A stretch of 63,625 nucleotides of DNA, counting the filler, from Collodictyon triciliatum (Eukaryota): assembly GCA_043381765.1 (NCBI GenBank). It is 6 parts of 6 records of this genome, joined end to end, with 100 filler letters (N's around TTAATTAATTAA, not from the genome) between each part and the next. Parts side by side here need not be neighbours in the genome. Positions count along the whole stretch, not along the records: positions 23,837 to 31,904 come from JBHJMP010002305.1; positions 32,005 to 43,811 come from JBHJMP010002308.1; 4 more parts are not named here. The stretch is one strand, 5' to 3'. The notes beneath the pieces are model-generated. The model did no database searches. It was not told where the DNA came from and saw only the letters and a list, made by a program, of their open reading frames with translations. Position numbers and translations under genes: made by a program. Shown piece by piece: positions 25,540 to 39,000 of this stretch (within the stretch, counting starts at the first letter, position 1; each line of letters begins with the position of its first letter).

Positions 25540-28295
25540 ATGGTATGGTTTCACCCCTCCCCCTCCTTGCCGATGCCGTGTACCAATATAATATTCAACC
25601 CTTCCAAAAATACATAAATAAGCTTGACAATAGTTACATAAAAAGGAAAGAAAGTTGACCTTATATCAAGTCGATCTTACTCGTAACTTCTATCTCTAAT
25701 TAATAAATAAAAAATAAAATTAAAGGCCGATCCGTCCACATCAGTTCGTCGTTCAAGCTCGCGAAATCGAACCCTCGACCCCCTTACTCCAGGAAAGGTG
25801 AGATTCTAAACAGAGTACCATGCTGATCACTTAACTCTTTTTAAATTCTTTTTTAAATACACTAAATGCCTTAGAGGAAAAAAAAACCATAACAAAATAT
25901 AAACTTTTCATGAAACCAAAGGCCTGCGCTTATTCTATGCCTGAAAATATTACATGCAATAGTCAAACACTTCTCCCGAGAATTCCCCACTGCCCGAAAG
26001 GCAAAAGAAAAGCTCAAGAGGAAAAGCGAGGGATGTCCAAAACGTAGACTCTGTAGTGTTTAAGGACTCAGATCTGAAACGAATTCAAGTAAGGCACTAT
26101 ATGTGCGCTTTTTATTTTTACCCAGCTAGCTGCACCCCATATAAATATGACTAAGAGATGCATTGAACCTCTGATGCATATACTTTGAATCGAATAAAGG
26201 AAAAAAAATACCTCTAAAGCATTTATCAAATATTTTTTTAATTAAAAATGAAATGTCCTCATCGATACTAAAATCAAAACCAGTCGCTATCACACGTTCC
26301 CACGAAAACCGAGGAAGAATCAATGCGCTCAACCACTGAAGAAAAAAAGCTACAGAGTATGTTGGAAGCCAAGGTATAAAGAAACAACTGATCATATCAA
26401 TGGATACGATTTCTTCAAGCATAGAAAGGCTAATTCAGACATTTACATCCTTCAAAAGGCTCGTAAGGAACGTTTGCTTGCGTACGACGACGAGAAGAGA
26501 CGCAATCATCCACTTTCTGAAGCGGAAGCGCGCGAGGTCGACCGAGCAAATTACATCCTGCGTCATGCGAATGAAGTAGCAAAAGAGCAGAAGGATGATG
26601 TCAAGTTCATGAACTCTATTGCACAGTATGCAAAGTGTGCCACTATTCGAGACTTGCAAATCGAAGAAAAGAAAGCCATCACGCGCGATCGTGTCGAGGA
26701 AGAGCGTCGTTTAAATGCCATGATGGAGCTGGAGAGAATCAAGGCCATACAGATGTATGAAGAACGGGAGACAAAGAAGGCGCAGGAGAGAGTAAAAGGT
26801 GCCGAGGTAATAAAGAAGCAGATTGAAGAGCGCGAAAAGGAAAGAATTCTCCAGCAGGAAGCTCGTGAACAGGAGCTGATTGCGCTCCAGCTGCAAAAGC
26901 AGAAGCTTGAAGAGGAAGAAAGAGAAGATGCCAGGAGGAAGGCTGTTGCTCAAAAGTGAGTTTAAGATTACACATATCATCATATTGTAATCTCATTCAT
27001 GTGTATTGTCTGGGTTCTTATGCATTAACAATTCTTCCTTTCAATATTACAGGTCGATGATTACAGAAATCACAAAGTCCAATACGGAGCAGATTATGCG
27101 CAAACATATGCAAGTCGAAAGAGAGAAAGAAGGTACCAGTGGATATGTGCATTTTTCATTCTTATACATGCATATATTATTAGTACAGAGTCTTAAGTCT
27201 TTCGTATTAATCACAGAGGACCTGAGGATTGCTCAATATATATCCGAGAAAGCGCAGCGAGAGCAGGTTGGATTCCTATTCTTTTCTCAAGATAAACTTT
27301 CCATGTCGAACTTGTTCAAATGCGATGTTTCAATCGAGTGGTCTGCAAAAGTAATATTGTCTTTCTTAGCAACTGGTCGAAGAACAGGAACGAAAAAGAG
27401 CTGAGAAAGAAAAAGAAGTGGCACGGATGAGAAGCCTTCAAGAAAAGGCATTCTTTTACTTTACCAAGCATGTATTTATCTCCATTTCACCATACTAATC
27501 AACAAACAATTTTCGAAATGCAACAGAAAAAGGATGAACAAGAAGAAAAAGATGCACTGCGAGCAAAGAGAGCCATGGAAGCGCGCGACCGCGAATGGCG
27601 GCAGAAAGAGCTAGAAAAAGCTGAGCAGAAAGAGCGAGTAAACCGGGAGCTGGCAGTTGCTCGAGAGCACCAAAAGATAGAGCGTGAAATGAAAATGGCT
27701 CTAGTTGTTCAGGAGGAACGAGTAGAGTATGAAAAGAACGTGTCCATCGCGATGCGACAGATGGAAGAGGAGACAAAGCGGGACCAATCAGAGAAAGCTA
27801 GACGTTTGAAGCATTCCGAAGAAATCAGAGTAATTGCATACCTCCGACATACACACTCTTTCATAGCCTTCTCCCTAGGCAGTGAATATCTTGAGATTTT
27901 TTTTCCTACCGCGCATCATTCAAACCATATTCCCGCATTGGAAAGTTGATTTAATCATTTAATCCCTTCAGGACCAAGTCCGAGGCAAAGAAGAGATGAA
28001 AAAGCGAGAGTTGCAGGAGTTCTTTGATGAAGGTCGGCGCCTTCGTGTACAACAGCAGGAAGAAATGGCCCGACTGGAGGTATGAATTCTTGGGCATCCA
28101 GAGCAATCCTGTGTTCCTTACCAATCCCTCCCTGTACTTTTAAATAGTCATATATCCTCTTTCACTCCATTGTCCTCTTTTCTTATCGTTGTTCTCTCTT
28201 AGGAAATCAAAGTGGAGAAACTGCGCCAATTGAGAAACAGTGGCATCCCAGACAAATTCCTGTCCGACCTTGAGCGCCGGAAAATCGTGCTGTGA
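25540..28295 (+). CDS. CFAP45: Cilia- and flagella-associated protein 45 (CCDC19)
   Basis: ATG-only first exon, then in-phase exons. EQKDDVKFMNSIAQYAKCATIRDLQIEEK, EEERRLNAMMELER, KDALRAKRAME and C-terminal KLRQLRNSGIPDKFLSDLERRK match the CFAP45 pattern. Confidence 0.88.
26180..26209 (+). repeat. Short A-tailed dispersed repeat, copy 2 (CFAP45 intron)
   Basis: ATACTTTGAATCGAATAAAGGAAAAAAAAT between ACCTCTGATGCAT (26167) and ACCTCTAAAGCAT (26210). Confidence 0.7.
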
Positions 28296-29168
28296 TTCCC
28301 TCCTTTTTGTCTCTTTCCTTCCTCTCGCTTTTATTCTGGAGAGGGATCGATTCAATACCTCCTTTTCCAACAACAACCACACGAAAAAAAAGAAGAAGAA
28401 GAAAAAAAAAAAAAGGATTCTGCCCATGAAACAACCACACACATTTCATATATTTTCCCCCATCCTACTATTCCTCTTCTCTCTCTCTCTCCATTCTAAA
28501 CACCCAAACAAAAAAGCCAAAGAAAACAACAAAGAAAGACGACCGAACAGCAACTGTGATTTTACCTCTCCTACACCGCTTCATTGGCACCCCAAATAAT
28601 AAAATTGGCACAACCACAACCCGTTGGAAACAGCAAAAAGAAAAAAGCAGAACGAAACAGCGTTTTATTTGTCATCATGTATAAGAGAGAGAGAAGGAGG
28701 GATATGAACTGGAAGAAAGAGCAAAACAGAAGAGAAAAAGAATGAGAGGCTTCCCTGGCCGGCATCTGGTGCGTGATGATTCCTCTTCGCTTTTGCAGGT
28801 TTGTTCGTGTGTGTGCGTGCGTGTATGTGTGCTGATGACAATGGGAGTTGGCGGCAGATTGCGGCTGTGCTGAGTGTGTCTCGTTCAGAGCGGAGCGCAC
28901 TTCCACTCCGGAGGCCGCGTGAGCTGGGCAACAACCAAGCCGCAGACAGACCGAACAGAAGCACGCCACCAGCCCAGGAGACACAGCCAGCGAAGGACAA
29001 CGGCACGGGAATCGCCGCCGTCGGAGTCGGAGTCGGAGTCGGAGTCGGAGTCAGAGCCGGCCTCGTGGCAGCCGAAACACACCATCAGCATCCGAGCCAT
29101 CACACGCAGCGAGACAGGACGACGACTCTGGGCAATGCGGTAAGGCTTCTCCACACCCACAACCGCAT

Positions 29169-29275
29169 CTGAGGCAGGAGCAGATGCAGATACAGGGGCA
29201 GGACAGGGACAAGTGAGATTACTAGGACAGGATAATGGAAGCGGCACGTCGGGAGGAATGGAGACGGGTTCATAC
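29169..29275 (-). promoter_or_regulatory. Candidate intron in the eRF1 3' UTR
   Basis: Minus strand GTATGAAC, pyrimidine-rich body, TAATCTCAC, CTCCTGCCTCAG; 107 nt long, starting 115 nt after the stop. No transcript evidence. Confidence 0.55.
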
Positions 29276-29390
29276 AAGGGCCGAGCAGGACAGATGGTTG
29301 CTGCCTGGTCCTTGTCGGGTCGCAATGGCGCCGCGCAAGACAATGCATCGACCAAGGCATTGAGCGGCTGGGCCACGCTTGTGGGCGCGG

Positions 29391-31776
29391 CTATATAAAG
29401 TCGTCCTCATCGTCGTCGCCAAGGTCGACATCGTCCTCCTGGAACTCCATGCGGTAGCGCAGGATGCCTGGACAGATGTGTGGATGGAATTGGATGTGTG
29501 AGCGCTATGAGAGTAAGTAAAAATAGATGCTTTGTGATTGATGAAAAAGACAAAGAAAAAGAAAAACAAGGAGGATGTCTGAACCTCCGATGCCTCCAAA
29601 GCCCTTGCAGAACTGGGCTCCTTCTTGGGAACGGTTGGTCACGAATTGCAGTTCGGCTCCGAAGCGATGGTAGTTGTTGGCAAGCCACTCGAGGAGGGAA
29701 ATCTTTTCGACAACCTCGTAGTCGACTCCGGCCTCGGCGTCACGGAAGCGATGTGCTTGCTTCTCTTGCTCCGGATTCATGTTGGAGACATGTTCGACTG
29801 AAGAAGGCAGAGGAAAGGAGGAAGAAAAAATGCAGCAGCAAGTGAGGTGTTGAATTCGAAGAGAGAAATAAAATGAAACTATGTTGGCGAAAATGTGATA
29901 GCATGCTAGTATTTTACCATTTGTAATGGGGTGGCGGAATGTGTAACGATTGATGTCAAGATTTTCCCAGGTGATAAGAGTCTGAACAGAACCGTTTTCC
30001 ATGGCCTTGAGTTGTCGGGATAGAAATTTAAAAATTGCACATTACGCTCATAAGATGTCGTCGCATTTTTTTTTTTAGTGAGAATGGTTTGTTTTCGATA
30101 CGAAGCAATAGCTTACACGGAGAGTGTCTTCCACTCCAAAGACGTATTTCCCACTGTCCATGTTAATTTCTTCAAAGAAAGCCATGATAAGCTTCTTCTC
30201 TTGCATGAACTTGACGTTGGCCAAAACCTCAGCTGACAATTCGATGGCCTGCATGCAGTAAATAAATCAATCGGTCAGAATAGACTCAAATGCAGGACAT
30301 GAAAATCTGTGGGAAATTTGAGTACTTTGATCGGTTTAGACCAACCTGGTTGAAACCATTTTCACCTCCGTAAGAAACATCGACAATCTTGATGATTTTA
30401 GTTTGAAGTCGGGGGTCAAACATGTCAGAACCGCTCAATTCATTCTTAAAGTCGGCGGAGCCAGCAAGAATGAGTCCGGACACGTTTATCTGTATAATGG
30501 GGGCTTCCATTGGTCGAGATTCGATGCAGTCGTCCAATAGTAGTCAGTGAATGATTAAACTATGGTGCAAACCTTATCAGAGGTGATGAAAAGCTGAGTG
30601 GCGATTTCAGCGACCTTTCTGACGTAATTGTGACGTTTCTCCATACGAAGACGGGCAAAACGAAGGGCGGATTGGCCTAGTTTCATGTAATGACTTGAGG
30701 ATAGGTTCAACAGCAAGGGGTTACATGCTTGTCTGTGTATCATTCTACGGAGAAGTTGGCATAACCTCGCTACACTTTGAATCGAATAGAGGGAAAAAAA
30801 ATATTCTACGGAGAAGTTGAAAGGGGACCTCCTCTTCCGTGTTTCTTTGGAAGTTCGACGGAGAGTTTGTGGATGACTTCGCGAGTATTTCCGCTGAGCG
30901 TTCCATAAAGACAGCCGTTACCGTCCATGATGATAAAGCCGAATTTATCGTCAGATTCCAGGAGTTCATTGAGGGGCTAAGGCGAAAAAAAAAAAAAAGA
31001 AACTTTGTCATCAAAGGAAAAGACCAGTCCCAAGGAATTAATTGTTCATGACTTGTCTCTTCAGTTTCAGGGCTCCGAAATAAATCAAGAGCGAGGCCCT
31101 ACCTCAGTGTGGAACTTGTTGTCGCAAAGGTACAGAGATGTGTTGATCGGCTTGAAGGGCTCAAAGTCGATGTTAACCTTCTTTTCCTTACCTTCGTCAG
31201 TGATAATAGTACCGCAGTAGATGACGAGCCCGTTGGTAGGGATCTAGCATTTTAGTTGAGCCGAAGGTGAAAGGGGAATTCTTGGCTGTATAATTGACAG
31301 ATAAAAGAAGCGCTCGTTCCAATGTAGCTGGGGAAGAGAAAAACCTTAGAGTAAAGCTTCAGTCTCTGCTGGGTGGAGGTGATGGCTGAAAGCACAGAGA
31401 GGCGATTGACACGACTCTTGATGTTGGAGGCTGTGCCGAATTCGTCGCCCAACATCTTGGCAATACGCGAGACTTGGTCCTTGGGAGGGATGATCAAACT
31501 GATCATGCTGGTTCCGTTTCTAAGCAGAGCAGGTTGATACTAAAATAAGTAAAGAAAGCTATACTTGAACTCACCTGACAAAATGTCTACAGAAGTGCCA
31601 GGGTTATGGTATCCTCCTCTCATGACGATTGCAAGGAGGTTTGTGACAACAAAAAAAAAAAACGAATAAACAAACCCGCGCGCAGCTTCTAGATTCTTGA
31701 TCAGCTTCTTGATCTTCCACTGCTCGATGTTCTTATCGGCAGGCGGCTGGCCAGAGGAGGACGCTTCGGACGACAT
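29391..31776 (-). CDS. ETF1: Eukaryotic peptide chain release factor 1 (about 10 exons)
   Basis: [47 protein letters not shown] (intron inside GGQ), [14 protein letters not shown], acidic tail ending DDFI-TAG at 29391-29393. Confidence 0.97.
30759..30802 (+). repeat. Short A-tailed dispersed repeat, copy 3 (longest; eRF1 intron)
   Basis: GCATAACCTCGCTACACTTTGAATCGAATAGAGGGAAAAAAAAT between perfect 17-bp direct repeats ATTCTACGGAGAAGTTG (30742-30758 and 30803-30819). Confidence 0.8.
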
Positions 31777-31904
31777 TGTCGGATATTCTTATTCTTCTTT
31801 CGCTAGGCTCGAAGAAAAAAAAAAAAAAAAAAAAAAAAAACAACCCCAAAAAAAAGGGGAAAAAAAAAAGGACCCTCTACAAAAAAAACACAGAAATCAC
31901 GCCC

Positions 31905-32003
31905 NNNNNNNNNNNNNNNNNNNNNNNNNNNNNNNNNNNNNNNNNNNNTTAATTAATTAANNNNNNNNNNNNNNNNNNNNNNNNNNNNNNNNNNNNNNNN
32001 NNN
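31905..32003. other. Artificial contig linker
   Basis: N-run, TTAATTAATTAA, N-run. Confidence 0.95.
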
Positions 32004-32108
32004 NTTTTTTTTCTTAAGAATTTTAAAAAAAAAAAAAAAATAAAAAAAAAAAAAAAGCAAGGAAACAATAAATAAAGAACAATTCACGATGTAAATCGGG
32101 CCCTTTAG

Positions 32109-35100
32109 TTCTTCTCTTGGTTGATATAAGCGGATTCACGAAGTTAAGCGAAAAACTGGGGCGTGAAGGGGCCCAAGGACTGGAAAAGATAAAAAAGTAC
32201 GATCACGTTGATCCTCTACATTCATTTAATATTCGTGATTTTATGGTTGATTCATTCATCCAAGGTCATGCCATGATTATGATCATACATTCAATACTAA
32301 TATTTGATTAAGTCGGGTTGCCGTATTAGATGCTGATTTTTAATCCCGTTTGTATTATAGTTACCTGAACTCTTTCTTCAGTGACATAGTCAACATAATC
32401 GAAAAATTCGATGGCGATAGTAATCTTTTCTTAAAATCACAATATACTTTTTTTTTCCCATTCAGACACATATAAAAACAGGAATGAGCATGCACAATAT
32501 TCTTAATATAGTGAATAAAAAACCACTTTTTTCATATTTAGTAATCAAGATAGCCGGAGATGCACTTCTAGTGCTTTGGAAAGAAATGCAACATTATGAA
32601 CAAGTTCATAATACTCCCAACAACCATTTATCATCAGATATTAAGGGACAATACCTACATTCCAATATTGTGACTTGTCTCCTTAAAGCTATGAACGCAT
32701 CTCTTGCGTGCATATGCCTTAAACGAGCGGTCTCTGATGGCGCAGAGAGCCTAGAAAATACCTTGAGTAGCACGCAAGTATCAGATGTAATATCCCTCAG
32801 ACTTCACTGCGCCATTGTCACAGGCGAGCTTTTCGAAGTTGTATGCGGAGGTGAGAAAAAATATATTATATACTATTTGAAAGATGAAAAGAGATATAAG
32901 TCAAGAAAAACAAGATAAAAACAAGATAAAAACAAGATAAAAACAAGATAAAAACAAGATAAAAACAAGATAAAAACAAGATAAAAACAAGATAAAAACA
33001 AGATAAAAACAAGACAAAAACAAGATAAAAACAAGATAAAACAAGACAAAAACAAGATAAAAAAGATAAAAACAAGATAAAACATTAACATAATAAACAA
33101 AATAAACAAAATAAAGACAAAATTTCCCCCTTCATTCAATCCAAGGAAAATAAAGACACGATAGATGAAAGATAAAATAGATATAATTCCGATATAATCT
33201 TTATCTTGTATGAAACATCCATGATAAAAATAAATATGTCCACAATAAATGATAAAGTCTCCAAAATCTTTCGCCGTGACTACTGAAATATCTTTAACTT
33301 TATTTTCAAAAAAATTAGGATACAACAATCAATGGGATTACCTTATTTGTGGGGATGCTGCATTTGAATCACTTAGTAGCGTTCTAAATAATTCTTCACC
33401 TGGGGAGGTGTGTATTTGTTCAGACTCCGAGAGGATTGTGAGACAAAATCCGAACGAGTTTCACCATTTGGCTGTAAAGGAAAAAGTTCGCCATCCTCCC
33501 TTTCTCATATTATTAGAATTAATCGCAATGAACTCAGATTTTTATATACATTATTCATCGTTATTACATATATCATTTTCATGAAGATTATATCACTCAA
33601 TCCATCTTTCTTGTGTACTAATAATTCAAAAGTTTGTATATTCTTTCGAAATTTCACGGGTTTGAGTAGCGCCACAGATTACTGTTATTACATATTCAAC
33701 ATCAATTTATTTTTTTTCGTACGTACAGTCCACCTTGGGTCCACTCAAAATTTTCTACATCGATGGGTCAATAATGAAGCGTATGTTTTATTATTAAAAG
33801 AAAACTATCGGCCCACCCAAAAAAAAAAAAAAAGACCAAAAAAAGACTAAAAAAAACTATATATATAAAAAAAGACAGCAAAACAAAGAACAAGAAGCTA
33901 AAAATTTGAATTATTATGTTCCTTTTCACAGTTTTTCGAAAAAGAGGTATCAATCAAAATTTATGGCAAATTATTACCAGGGGTTAATGAAGCTCCCACG
34001 AAGCATCGCGGAAGAAAGGAAGAGAAGCCCTACTTCATACGAAAGTTTATCGTATGCTTCTGATAGAATGAAAAAGTCCTCTGCGTTTGCATGTTTTATT
34101 TAATTATGTGGAATCAGCTGATTTAATAAAATTTTTTTTTTATTCACGACAGACTTAGCTGTTGGCGCCCATGCCAACAATTTTTTTTCAACCACCAAGC
34201 AAGTATTCCGATAGCTGATTTAATAATTCTTTTTCTTATAGACTTGGACAGACGAGTACAGAGAAATGTCGGCTAATTTTTCAAAATTGGAGATGTTTAT
34301 TCAAAAGAGCATATTAGTATCCATTCAGAACGGAGAAAGGAAATTAGATTCTGAGCTTCGGCAATGCTGTGTTTTATTTGTGAGAGAAATAAATTCTGAC
34401 AAACATACTTTCTCCTCTAGTTAAAGTATACGTTTTAATAGCATTCTATAACGACCATTGGATTAGATCGGCTTGCCTACAATCAAATTCAAAGATGTTT
34501 CATACCTTAACGTTCTTCAAGCTGCATTTCATTCAATACAAGAGAATACATTCATAAGCAACGGGTTCATTCGGCAATTTCTCTATGTAATTTTTTTTTT
34601 GTTATTTATTATCAATATTGCAATCAGCTCTGACATATTTCACTCAGGATGATAAAGGATGTGTCGCAATAATTGCTTTTGGCACCCCAGGTTGCAGTCA
34701 CGTTGGTAAGATGACGTTATTTGATAGTTTCTTCTTCTTTTTCTTCTGAAATCCGTATATCTTTTCTAAATACAAACAGATGATGCAGACAGGTGTTTGA
34801 GAACCGCTTTATCCATCCGTCAAAGCCTCGAAAAATTAGGTTAAGGAACGATTATTATTTTATATGTATAGAAATGTTAGTACTGACGTTTTTATCGGTC
34901 TAAAAGGAAGCATATTAGACTTACTTTACCATATCTTGTGCAACAGGAGTTGTTTGCAGTATAGGATGCACATCTGGTCAAGTATTCTGTTCCTATGTTG
35001 GTTGCAGATCAAGAAGGTTTAATTTTACAAGATAAAATTAGTCTCGCTCTGCAAGTTCAATTTATTACTACCCAGTTATATTATAAAATTTCCTCTTGGT

Positions 35101-35950
35101 TGTGAACTTTAAATCGAATCGATGATTTTTTATCTTGGATATTTAAGTTAAACGCGCCTTTTACTTACTGATTTTTCTTCATATAGGGAATATGCTCTTA
35201 TAGGAAGTATAGTCGTTTTATAATAAACTGATCATTATTATCAATACTATTATGAATGTATATCAAACATTAAGTACATAATTTTTCGTTTTTTTTTTTA
35301 AATACCATTCTCTTCAGGCACAGTAAACGATGCCGCACATCTTATGAGTAATCACAAGGGAATCCAGTGTCAGGAATCAATTTTTAAAGCAACGAGCAAT
35401 CATTTTAAATTCACTCTTTCACCCTCCATGAAGATAAAAGGTATCATTTACCCCCAAATTTGAAGGAAAGGGATTGTTTAAATAAATCATTTGAGACAAT
35501 ATCATCTTAATTCTCTATTGACTAATGATTTTCACCCAATGCTGCCTGCTATATACACAGGCCATAAGCATCTGATGTGCACGTATAGCCCATACGACAC
35601 ATGTCCAGGACTGGTAGCTGAAGGAGAGATAGTCATGAATCAGACCGCCTCAGAGGCCGCAATATTTTCTTTGTGTCAAGATAAAACACCAAAAGAGGCT
35701 ACTTTGAGATGGCAAATTATTGAGCATATCCGGGAATTGGTTTCAGCGGCTTGTGGTAGCAGGTGCCTGATGGTGGTCATATGCGCCCACATCAATATTA
35801 AATTTAGAGACAAAACTTTAATTAAATCAGATGAGGCGAGTTTTTTCATCTTTTTGTTTATTTATTTCTTTTCCTAGAAATTCTGGGTCTGCATTGCATT
35901 CAGATATGAGAGCTTCAGATTTCAATATCCTGCATAAAAAGGCAAAATTA

Positions 35951-36049
<99 letters not shown>

Positions 36050-39000
36050 CCAAAAATAATTTTATTAGTTGTCTAATTCATCGAAAATATATAGCCTCAC
36101 TTTTTTTTTTATTATATTATGAAATCAAGTACTTGCTTGTCGATGGAAAGCAAGATTCAATCAAGTTGCACATGTTAAGAACAGTTTTAGAGGACTTTCA
36201 CTCTCAAGAAGTCTCTATTCTTTTCATCGATGCGCATATGTACATTCTACAGCCATTAGAAGCGATCTGGAAACTTGTGCTCACTCAAATAAAGTTCAAG
36301 CCCGGGCACTCAGCAGCTGATATATCAAATGTAAATTCAAAGAATACGATTATGTATTATATACGAATAAAGTAAATTTATCCCGCCATTTTCCTCTTTA
36401 TTCGATTCAAAATGATTTATCCCATAATCAAGAACTAAACTCCTATAAATGATATTTCTTTATAACTAATTCAAAAAATAACATTTTCCTGTTTGAAAGG
36501 GGGTGATATTAAAGCTCATTGAAGCTGTAGAGAAATCAACAAGCCCTGTTGTCATTGATGTCCAAAGTCCAAGAACTTTTCAAATAATCTCATATTTAAG
36601 CTCAAATTATTCAACATCAGATATGCCCGAAGATGATATTGAATTACTTAAGATTGTTTTGAATTTAATACTTACATCTGACGATACGATAAAACAAGTG
36701 ATATGCATTAATAAGATTGAAAGGTACACCACTTTTTCATCGGGTCTAAGAAATAACAATAAAATAAATACCACATAATTTCTGTATTTAATTCAATTTT
36801 TTTATTTCAAGGTGCGACCCTATGTCGGTTGAGTTCTTACTGGAACTAAAAAAAAACCATTGTTCAATTTTTGTCGTGTTCTTTGGGGAGCTTGCTTCAA
36901 ATCATTCTGAAGAAAAAACAATCCTTCTGCTTCGAAATGCCAGTGCAGATTCAAGCACTTTTATGTTCCAGCCATACACAAAGGATGAGATTCTCGACTA
37001 TGTCAGAGATGTCATGGGATTTTCAAAGATGGAGCCTGCCTTGGCGAATTATATATTATCAAAGTCTAAAGCTGATATAGATCTTTTAAAGTGTAAGTGT
37101 ACATTTTTACATCAGTAGCTTGAAATTATTTTTAAAGTGTTTTTGCAATCTGTTTCAACAATTTTTCATTTAAATCTATTTAGACGTCTGTCTTGGTCTC
37201 GAATTAGCTCTAAAAAACAAAATTTCGAATGTCTTCATGAATGCTTCAGTGGGAGTGGGTTTATTGTACAGGGACTCTTCAAATGGGGAACATGTATTAA
37301 ATTATAGTTCTATCATGAATTTGAAATATTGACTTACTAATCCATGCATACAATTTCTTCTTTAATTAGCTTTTTGATTCATTAAATCCAAAGAGTCTTC
37401 CTATTCTTAAAATTGCAAGGTATTTTCTATGTTAAGTTTTAATTCGCTACGAATATATATACATATTTCTTCTAATATGATAGATGCTGGAAGTATGTTA
37501 AACTAACTTCAACCATATGCAGTGTGCCGGATTTTTTCTCCGTTAACGTTATCAAATACATTAAACCGGAGATTAAATCACTCAAGGATATCCAAGATGC
37601 TCTTGATGACGGGATAGATATTGGAATACTAGAGATCATTCCACAGCTGAACATGTATAAATTTAAGGATGAAGCCATCAGAGTTTCAATGTGTAAGCCG
37701 ATTTGAACAGAAAAATAAAAAAATTACGATTTTATGATAAATAATATGATTAAAAAATTGACTCTTTCACCGGTATTACTCTATTTTTAAAACCTTACAT
37801 TATGTGGTTTTTAAATTTTGTAATAAAGTATATATTAGTTAAGATGATTGAAAAATAAATCGAATATTTTGGTTTTTTTTTTAAAAAATAATAATTTAAC
37901 CAGATAATACTGTTGCCACCAGCAAACGAAAGAGATATCATTTAAAATATGCAATACACCTCGAATCGGAGCTCAAAACAACAGAAATATCGCTCCCATT
38001 GTTGGCTGAACATTTTTCAAAGGCAGATGAAATGTCAAAGTCACAACGTATCATGTGAATCAATCTTTGTGAAACAATAGTTTGGATTGCAGTGTGTATC
38101 ATATTGTTTTTGCTTTAAGTTTAACTTCATATTGTAAAACATGTCTTGCTTCAAAGAATCATACCATTTCGGATATCCTAAAATAATCGATATTTATGAT
38201 GCATGGTAAGATTATCATAGAATGGCAGGTGAGAAGGCGTTGGACTCATATTCTTACTTAGATGCTCTTCAAGTAAGTTATTCTACTACATTTTCCTATA
38301 CTGGCTCATGACTGGTTCTTTTTCTTTTTTCTTTTCTTCTCTTTTTCTATTTCTTTTTCTTCTTCTTTTTTCTTTTCTTTTCTTTTTCTTTCATTATCAC
38401 TATCACTATCACTATTGTTATTAATATTATTGCATAGAGAACTCATAAAAATTCAAAAAGGCAACAACTCTGAGTAGTATAAATACTTTATCTATATTAG
38501 AATTTTGAAGCGTGCTTGAGGGAATTGGAGGGGTCCTTTATTAGCGGAATAGACTTTATAAAAGGGAAAGTTTACATTCACATGGGTAATTGCTATGACA
38601 TTTTGGGTGACCTGGATTCATCTACAAGGTGTGGATATGTCTCCTTTATATATATTAAAAAATATTTATATAATTGATACCCACCAAGGCTAAGTTACAT
38701 AAATGTTTTTATTTGTCCTTCGGTTCGATTTAACACATATTTTGAAAAAAAATCCTCTAATAATCAAAGGGTTCACAAGAAACTGCTTCAGTTATTTGAT
38801 CACGAAGTCCCAGACCTGGATGAAGAGTATTGTTTTTCAGTTGCAATTTCAATACATAGAATGCAGTTCAAAATAATTATGGATTCCATCAAAATATGCT
38901 GTGAAGCTGATGAGGTAGCTCCACTTGTACTTCATGAAGACTTGAAATCGTCCAACATGTTGGAGCAAAACGACTCATTAGAGAGACTGGGAATCGTGGA

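Noticed and set aside
28571-29398. Independent protein-coding gene between CFAP45 and eRF1
   Set aside because: Overlapping ORFs in several frames with no motif; better explained as the GC-rich eRF1 3' UTR or readthrough region.
31100-31450. eRF1 changes indicating a variant genetic code
   Set aside because: GTS, TASNIKS and YLCDNKF are canonical, and genes here end in TAA, TAG and TGA.
32906-33082. CRISPR-like array among the tandem repeats
   Set aside because: No unique spacers; this and the other arrays are simple eukaryotic micro/minisatellites.
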